Shown: one piece after another, positions 58,217 to 64,000 of the stretch
How positions within the stretch are numbered: the first letter of the stretch is position 1
Layout of the letters: each line of letters begins with the position of its first letter
Assembly: GCA_965242725.1 (NCBI GenBank)
Contig: CBDESZ010000004.1
Coordinates: 352,001-416,000 of the forward strand
Source: Alkalispirochaeta sp.
GTDB lineage: Bacteria; Spirochaetota; Spirochaetia; DSM-27196; Alkalispirochaetaceae
Direction: 5' to 3'
DNA: 64,000 bases
The notes under the pieces: model-generated
The model's input: the letters and a program-made list of their open reading frames with translations, nothing else
Databases searched by the model: none
What the model was told of the DNA's origin: nothing
Program-made: the position numbers and the translations under genes

Positions 58217-59506
58217 ATGCTGCAGCGTTACCTTCTGACTTTCTGCAACCAAGGCATCGTCAGCCTGTTTAACTTCGTGTTGACGCTGTCGCTGGTGCGG
58301 CAATGGGAAGTCTACGACTTCGGCATTTTCGCGCTGATCCTGCAGATTACGCTGACGCTGGAGGGCTTCCAGAACGCGCTGGTGGCGACGCCGCTGAGCG
58401 TGTGGGCACCGGCGATGACGCGGCGGGCGCCGCGGGTGCGGATCGAGACGACCCTGTGGAGCGTCGGCAGCGTGCTGATGATCGGCGTGGCGATCGGCGC
58501 GGCGCTGATCACGGCGATGCTGACGGACGACGGCGGCTGGCTGGTGGCGGCGGCGGTGAGCGGGTTCCTGGTGGCGCGGCTGGTGCGCCACTATGGCCGG
58601 GCGTACCTGTTCGCGCGACTGCAGCCGGGCAAGGTGGCGATCGCCGACGTCGGCTATGTGGCGATCGGCAGCGTCGCCGTCGCGTTGGTGTGGTGGGCGC
58701 CGGACGCGGCGAGCCTGATCGTGGTGCTGGCGCTACTGACCGCCGGGTCGCTGATCGGCACGGTGGCGAGCCTGGTGGCGGCGGGATGCCGGCTGCGGCC
58801 GGCGTGGCGGCGGCGGACCCTGGCACACTACCTGGTGCCGTGGCGGACCGCGCGGTGGGGCCTGGTCGGGGTGACGACGACGACGATCCATACGCGGTCT
58901 CACGCGGCGGTGGTGACCGGGTTCTTCGGGCCGGAGCTGTTTGCGGTGCTGGCCGCCGGGGAGGCGCTGGTGGGGCCGATCCGCACGGCGCTGCAAGCGT
59001 GGGGCATGATCACCCGGCCGACGATGGCGACGGCCTACGGGCGCAACGACCAGCCGGCGATCGACCGGATGAACGGGATTTCGCTGCTGCTGCTGGGTGG
59101 CGGCTTGGCTGCGTTCGCGGCCCTGCTGTGGGCGGCCTGGGGGCCGATCAGCAACGCCGTCTACGGCGACAAATACGCCGATATGTCGCTGATCGTCGGG
59201 CTGTGGGTGGTCATCGTGTCGCTGTTGGCGCTGCGGACCATCATCAGCATCACCCTGCAAGCAATGCGGGCGTTCCGGGAGTTGGCGTTCGCCACGGCCT
59301 ACGGCGCCGGGGTCAGTCTGGCGGCCGTGACCGGGCTGGCGCTGGTGTTCGGGTTCGAATACAGCCTGATCGGGCTGGCGCTCGGCGAGGCGGTGGTGCT
59401 CGGCCTGCTAACCCGGGCGTACCTGCGGCTGCGCACGGTGTCCGGGACGGCGCGGGAGGCGGTGGTGCCGGAGAGCCAGCCGGCGCATCCCCTCGCGCCA
59501 AGGTGA
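58217..59506 (+). CDS. Wzx-like polysaccharide flippase / MOP-family exporter
   Basis: About 12 hydrophobic segments and an N-terminal NQGIVSLFNF...FGIFAL pattern. Located in the polysaccharide cluster. Confidence 0.7.
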   Translation: MLQRYLLTFCNQGIVSLFNFVLTLSLVRQWEVYDFGIFALILQITLTLEGFQNALVATPLSVWAPAMTRRAPRVRIETTLWSVGSVLMIGVAIGAALITAMLTDDGGWLVAAAVSGFLVARLVRHYGRAYLFARLQPGKVAIADVGYVAIGSVAVALVWWAPDAASLIVVLALLTAGSLIGTVASLVAAGCRLRPAWRRRTLAHYLVPWRTARWGLVGVTTTTIHTRSHAAVVTGFFGPELFAVLAAGEALVGPIRTALQAWGMITRPTMATAYGRNDQPAIDRMNGISLLLLGGGLAAFAALLWAAWGPISNAVYGDKYADMSLIVGLWVVIVSLLALRTIISITLQAMRAFRELAFATAYGAGVSLAAVTGLALVFGFEYSLIGLALGEAVVLGLLTRAYLRLRTVSGTAREAVVPESQPAHPLAPR

Positions 59507-59540
59507 ACGCACGAAAGCCCGTGTAACACGGAAGAGTTGG

Positions 59541-59568
59541 TTGACAATATGCGGGCCCGTTCCAAACT
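59541..59568 (+). promoter_or_regulatory. Possible sigma70 promoter for the beta-helix gene
   Basis: Perfect -35 TTGACA at 59541 and a weak -10 (CAAACT) 16 bp later. Confidence 0.3.
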
Positions 59569-59610
59569 TCCGGGGACCCCTGACGCCCTTCCCGGGAACG
59601 AAAGCTGACC

Positions 59611-60771
59611 ATGAGAATTGCCCGATCCGCGCCCCTGGCCGCGGCCGTTTTGGCTGCCGTAACCGCCCTCAGCGGCACGGCGGCGGCTGAGGTCATCAAC
59701 GCCAAGAGCGGCGCCAGAGACGACATCCAGGCGGCGATCGACGCCGCGAGCACCGGCGATGTCGTGCAGATCCCGGCCGGGGTCTTCGAATTCGAGGGCA
59801 TCGTCAACGCCCCGGACGGCATTCACATTCGCGGCGCGGGCCGGGACGAGACCTTCTTGGTTAAGACCGACCGCATCTCGATGTGGGACGCGATGATTAA
59901 CGTCGATTGCTCGACCGGGGAGCCGTTCCTGTTTTCGGGCATTTCGATGCAGGGCACGGGACGGTTCATCCAGGGCAACAGCACGCGCAAGGGGCCGGTG
60001 CGGGACCAGGGGCTGAACCTGTTCGGCCAGTGCATCGACTTCGAGATCTTCGACAGCCGGTTTACCAAGTTTAGCCGGGCCGGGATCGAGATCGTGGCGC
60101 GCAACGGCTCGAACCCGGGCGAGGCGCGTGGGGTGATCTACAACAATCAGTTCTTCGACATCTGGTACCCCAACAACGGCTATGGCATCGAGGTCGTGGG
60201 GCACGAGAACGCCTGGGACAAGCCGCTCGACCTAGGCACGGAACGGGCGGTGTTCATCGAGGACAACTACTTCGAACTGACCCGACACACGGTGGCGGCG
60301 AACAACGGGGCGCGCTACGTGTTCCGGTTCAACACCATCCGCAACAACTACGACCGGGCGGCGGCGATCGACGCCCACGGGTTGGCGTCATGGCCGCGCG
60401 GGACGCGGACCTACGAAATCTACGGCAACACGGTGCACAACGACGAAGAACGCTGGGCCGGGATCGGCATCCGCGGCGGCGACGGGGTGGTGTTCGACAA
60501 CCAGATCGTCGGCGTCAAGTACGGCATTCTGCTGATGAACGAGAAGCACTCGACGTTCGACCGCTACCCAAAGAAGGACCAGATCCGCGACGTCTGGGTG
60601 TGGGACAACAGCGTTAACGGGCGCGAAGGGCGCGGTATCGAGTTCTGGGCGCGGCAGAAGGGGGTCGGGCGGCTGCTCAAGGAAGGCCGCGACTATCACC
60701 TGACGCAGCGGCCGGATTACACGCCGTACCCCTACCCGCACCCGCTGCGCGCCGACAACAACGACAGCTAA
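59611..60771 (+). CDS. Secreted right-handed parallel beta-helix protein (polysaccharide lyase/hydrolase-like fold)
   Basis: Signal peptide, IQAAIDAA..GDVVQIPAG.F cap, I.GAG, Asn-ladder repeats (IYNNQF, IEDNYF, FRFNTI, IYGNTV, VFDNQI) and C-terminal YTPYPYPHPL. Confidence 0.78.
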   Translation: MRIARSAPLAAAVLAAVTALSGTAAAEVINAKSGARDDIQAAIDAASTGDVVQIPAGVFEFEGIVNAPDGIHIRGAGRDETFLVKTDRISMWDAMINVDCSTGEPFLFSGISMQGTGRFIQGNSTRKGPVRDQGLNLFGQCIDFEIFDSRFTKFSRAGIEIVARNGSNPGEARGVIYNNQFFDIWYPNNGYGIEVVGHENAWDKPLDLGTERAVFIEDNYFELTRHTVAANNGARYVFRFNTIRNNYDRAAAIDAHGLASWPRGTRTYEIYGNTVHNDEERWAGIGIRGGDGVVFDNQIVGVKYGILLMNEKHSTFDRYPKKDQIRDVWVWDNSVNGREGRGIEFWARQKGVGRLLKEGRDYHLTQRPDYTPYPYPHPLRADNNDS

Positions 60772-60772
60772 C

Positions 60773-61708
60773 TCAGTAGAAGTTAACCCGGAACGGGAAC
60801 AGGACTTTGCCGAGACCGCGGGCAAAGACCAGGCGCATTTGCGCCAGGCGCGGGGTCGGGTAGCGGTAGGAAATCAGCGCCGGGAAGAAGAAGAAGACGA
60901 GCTGGACCGACGCGGTCGCCATGATCATGGCGAAGTCGCGGATGCGGCGGTCGCTATGGCGCAACCGGGTGCGGACGTAGACCTGGGTCTTGGTAAACGT
61001 GCGGCGCGACCAATAGGCCAGCGACATACGCGACGTCGGCAGGAATTCGGTGACGACGGCGTCGGCGCACCAGACGAGGGTGCGGCCGCGGCGGTGCAGC
61101 CGCATGGTGAGGTCGGTGTCGGAGCCGCCGGTCAGGCCGAGGCCGGGATCGAAGGGCTCGGCATCGGGAAAACAGGTGGCGGCGCGAAACAGGATGTTGC
61201 AGGTCGGGCCGTGGGGCACGGGGGAGCCGCTGGGCAGGCGTTTGTCGCGGACGGGCAGCTTGCCCTGGGGGTCCCACGCCGGCGGCGAGCCGCCCTCGAA
61301 CGATGGATAGACCGGGCCGATGACGACATCGGCGGCGCTGCCACGGGCGGTGTCGACGATGGCGTCGAGCCAGGTCGGCGCGGCGATTTCGTCGTCGTCG
61401 ATGAAGGCGACATATTCGGCGGTGCTGGCGGCGATGCCGGCGTTGCGGGCGCGGGCGATGTTGCGGCGCGGTTCGTGGACGTAGCGCAAGGGATGGGGCG
61501 CCGACGCGGCCATCGCCTCGATCCGCTCACGAGATTTTCCGGCCGGGCTGTTGTCGACGACGATGACCTCGAACGTGACGCCGGCGCGGTTGTGCTGGGC
61601 CATCACGGACTCGATGGTGCGGTCGGCCATCTCGAACCGGTCGACGGTGAGGATGATGACCGAAACGTCGACGGTATCGGCCGCGGGAGTGGCGGCCGCC
61701 TCAGGCAT
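60773..61708 (-). CDS. GT2 glycosyltransferase (ExoM-like)
   Basis: VSVII.T, IVVDN, NIARARN, AFIDDDE and GGSDT. Confidence 0.88.
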   Translation of the reverse strand: MPEAAATPAADTVDVSVIILTVDRFEMADRTIESVMAQHNRAGVTFEVIVVDNSPAGKSRERIEAMAASAPHPLRYVHEPRRNIARARNAGIAASTAEYVAFIDDDEIAAPTWLDAIVDTARGSAADVVIGPVYPSFEGGSPPAWDPQGKLPVRDKRLPSGSPVPHGPTCNILFRAATCFPDAEPFDPGLGLTGGSDTDLTMRLHRRGRTLVWCADAVVTEFLPTSRMSLAYWSRRTFTKTQVYVRTRLRHSDRRIRDFAMIMATASVQLVFFFFPALISYRYPTPRLAQMRLVFARGLGKVLFPFRVNFY

Positions 61709-62429
61709 TATAGTAGCCGCGCATGTAGCGCATCATGACGGCGAGGACGCGGAACCCGTAGGTGATGGGGTTGAGGTGGGATTCCTCGTCGCCGTAGTGG
61801 GTGGGGATGCCGAGTTCGTCGATCTTGAGGCCACGACGGCGGGACGCGGCGATGACCTCGACATCGAAATCGAAGGAGTGGCTGAGCTGCTCCATAGGCA
61901 AGCTGTTAGCGGCGCGGCGGCTGTAGAGCATGTAGCCGGAGTGGTAGTCGGTGAGGTTGAGGCCGAACACCCGGTTTTCCATCCAGGTCAGGATCTTGCC
62001 GGCGACGGCCTTGTAGCGCGGCATGCCGCCGGCCAGGGCGGTGCCGTCCTTGTGGCGGGAGCCCTGCAGCACGTCGACGCCGTTGGCGGCCATGTAGCGG
62101 ACGAATTCAGGCATCTTTTCCGGTGGGTACTGACCGTCGGCGTGGAGACAGACGATGTACTCCGCCGCGGTTTCGAGACACAGGGACAGCCCCTGGCGAA
62201 CGGCGGCACCGTAGCCGCTGTTCTGGGCAAAACTGTGGAGCACGACCTTGGGGAACCGTTCCTTGAGCGCGGTGACGACCTCTGCGGTGTCGTCGGCGCT
62301 GCCGTCGTTGACGACAAACACGGTGTCGATGGCGGGCCACGCCTCGGCCGGGATGCGGTCGAGGACGCCGCCGACGGTGGTGGCGGCGTTGTAGGCGGGG
62401 ATGAAGATCGAAATGCTCGGTAGTTCCAT
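61701..62429 (-). CDS. GT2 glycosyltransferase, DPM1/polyprenol-phosphate type
   Basis: IPAYN, VNDGS.D.T, N.GYGAA, HADGQY, GSR, TD.HSGY and F.FD.E. Confidence 0.9.
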   Translation of the reverse strand: MELPSISIFIPAYNAATTVGGVLDRIPAEAWPAIDTVFVVNDGSADDTAEVVTALKERFPKVVLHSFAQNSGYGAAVRQGLSLCLETAAEYIVCLHADGQYPPEKMPEFVRYMAANGVDVLQGSRHKDGTALAGGMPRYKAVAGKILTWMENRVFGLNLTDYHSGYMLYSRRAANSLPMEQLSHSFDFDVEVIAASRRRGLKIDELGIPTHYGDEESHLNPITYGFRVLAVMMRYMRGYYNA

Positions 62430-62449
62430 GGATATGTCCCGTTAACCCG

Positions 62450-62797
62450 TTAACCCCGGCCGACCAAGGCGACGCCACCGCAGATCAAGGCGACGCCGAT
62501 GGCGTAGCGGACGTCGACACGCTCGCCGAACATGACCCAACTGGCCGCGGGGACCAGGACAAAGGCGATGGCCATGTAGGGGTAGGCGCGGCTGAGGTCG
62601 ATGAACTGCAGGACCCAGACCCAGGCGAGGGTCGCCGTGCCGTAGACGAAAAACGCCGAAAACAGGGGCAGCAGCACCGACATCTGAAAGATGCCGTCGG
62701 TGGCCCGCATGCTGTTGGCGGCGAGTTTGAACAATACTTGGCCGACCGCGATCGCGACGACAATGCTGACCACGGTCAGGTTGGTCCAAATCGTCAT
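62450..62797 (-). CDS. Small 4-TM EamA/SMR-like protein (ArnE/ArnF-like)
   Basis: 115 aa, GQVLFK, LSRAYP and FGE...GVALI..GV. Confidence 0.82.
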   Translation of the reverse strand: MTIWTNLTVVSIVVAIAVGQVLFKLAANSMRATDGIFQMSVLLPLFSAFFVYGTATLAWVWVLQFIDLSRAYPYMAIAFVLVPAASWVMFGERVDVRYAIGVALICGGVALVGRG

Positions 62798-62934
62798 TTA
62801 CGGCATTTCCCGACCAAAAAAGGCCCGGCCGGCGTGGGCCAGGCCGCGAAAACGCGCACAGGGTACCGCCTTGGGCTGGCCGGCAAAGTCTCTCAGAAGG
62901 CGGAGCGGGTTACGAATTAGGGGTAGGCGGCTGC

Positions 62935-64000
62935 CTACCACAGCCGTTGTTTGTCGACGAAGATCATGTGCCAAAGTTCGAGAATTACCAGTGAATACAT
63001 CTGCTTGATGTAGACGAATTCTCGGGAGTCGACTTTTTCTTTCAAACTCTTGACGTACCCATAATCAAAATACCCGCGTTTATTTACGGCGTCTTCGTTC
63101 AGGGTCATGTCGACGAGTTCCTGGGCCGCGGGATTGCCGTAAAAGTGCTCAAGGGGGAAGTAAAACGGGTTCTTGGCGCGTTTTGCCGAGGCCTGGGGCA
63201 AGGTGCGGCGCGCGTATTCGCGCTCGATGTACTTGTCGGTCAGGCCGCGCACCTTGAGGTTGGGCGGGGTGCGGAAGGCGAGTTCGATGAGGCGGTGGTC
63301 GAGGAACGGGGCGCGCAGCTCGAGGGAGTGGGCCATGGTGTTTTTATCCTGCCGTAACAGCAGGTTATCCTGGAGCCAATCGTTGAATTGGAGCTTCAGC
63401 AGGCGGTCGAGGACGGCGCCGCCGGCGTCGCAGGACTCGCGCAGCAGGGCGTCGGTGGCGCGGTCGCGGAAGGCAGGGGCGTAGACCGCCCGGCGCTCGT
63501 CGTGGTCCCACAGGGTGCGCAGGAAGGCGTAGTTTTGCGCCAGGCTGCGTTCGGGAAAATCGCGTAAGTATTTGATAACGCGATCTTTTCCCTTGGTGCC
63601 GAGGTATGCCGGGTAGTTGAACAGGCGGTTCAGGGCGGCGACGGGGGTGGCCTGGAGCATGGGTAGCGCCAGACCGCGCTGGGCAATGCCCGGGACGATG
63701 CGGTTCCACAGGTCGGTGTAGCGGATGATCTTGTGGAACGAATAGCCGGCGAACAGTTCGTCGGCGCCCTCCCCGCTGAGCACCACCTTGACCTCGGACG
63801 CGGCGGCCTTGGCGAGGTGGTAGTAGGCGAGGACGAGGGCGTCGCCGATGGGCCGCTCAAGGTGCCAGATGGCCTTGGGCAGGTCGGCGAATTGGGCCGG
63901 GCCGATGACGACCTCGTGGTGTTCGGTGCCGAAATGGTCGGCCAGGGCGCGGGCGTCGGGCAGCTCGTCGATGGGCGAGCCGAAGCCCAAGGAGAAGGTC
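62935..64000 (-). CDS. asnB: Asparagine synthase (glutamine-hydrolysing)-like amidotransferase; 5' part outside the window
   Basis: KVVLSGEGADELFAGY, DK.TMAHSLELRAPFLDH and K..F..P. Confidence 0.92.
   Translation of the reverse strand, partial: TFSLGFGSPIDELPDARALADHFGTEHHEVVIGPAQFADLPKAIWHLERPIGDALVLAYYHLAKAAASEVKVVLSGEGADELFAGYSFHKIIRYTDLWNRIVPGIAQRGLALPMLQATPVAALNRLFNYPAYLGTKGKDRVIKYLRDFPERSLAQNYAFLRTLWDHDERRAVYAPAFRDRATDALLRESCDAGGAVLDRLLKLQFNDWLQDNLLLRQDKNTMAHSLELRAPFLDHRLIELAFRTPPNLKVRGLTDKYIEREYARRTLPQASAKRAKNPFYFPLEHFYGNPAAQELVDMTLNEDAVNKRGYFDYGYVKSLKEKVDSREFVYIKQMYSLVILELWHMIFVDKQRLW

Overview
A high-GC, gene-dense chromosomal segment, most likely from an alphaproteobacterium (inferred from gene content, with a Rhodospirillales-like flavour). 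It has about 56 protein-coding genes. I recognised no rRNA, tRNA, transposase, integrase or CRISPR-cas. In order, it carries: an FNR-type/2Fe-2S oxidoreductase, methyltransferase and GrpB protein; an Atm1-type ABC exporter with a single-CXXCH exported protein; a DctB/DctD-like two-component system and TAXI-TRAP transporter; a form II cox/xanthine dehydrogenase-family cluster (coxG-S-M, coxD-E, split xdhC, mocA fusion) that lacks its large subunit and is interrupted by ydbH-ynbE-ydbL; an orphan flgC-like gene; a CyaC-type heme/ferredoxin adenylate cyclase coupled to a SAM hydrolase; a TauE exporter followed by a CDGSH-ferredoxin-CDGSH-Rieske-ThDP enzyme fusion; a REP-like triplet; a dgoK-dgoA sugar-acid operon; a protein with about 26 Sel1 repeats; an ftsH/host-attachment/EEP module bracketed by two near-identical FNR/FixK-type boxes; and part of a Wzx/Wzy-type polysaccharide cluster. 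The strongest novelty candidates are four. (1) The ThDP oxidase with four Fe-S domains next to TauE. (2) An orphan FNR/FixK-type box in front of a structured intergenic region, a candidate hypoxia-induced sRNA. (3) The cox cluster without CoxL. (4) A DctD lacking GAFTGA, with tandem operator-like palindromes but no sigma54 promoter. Two long genes each carry a single-base frameshift, which may be assembly error. All calls come from reading motifs by eye; no database searches were run.
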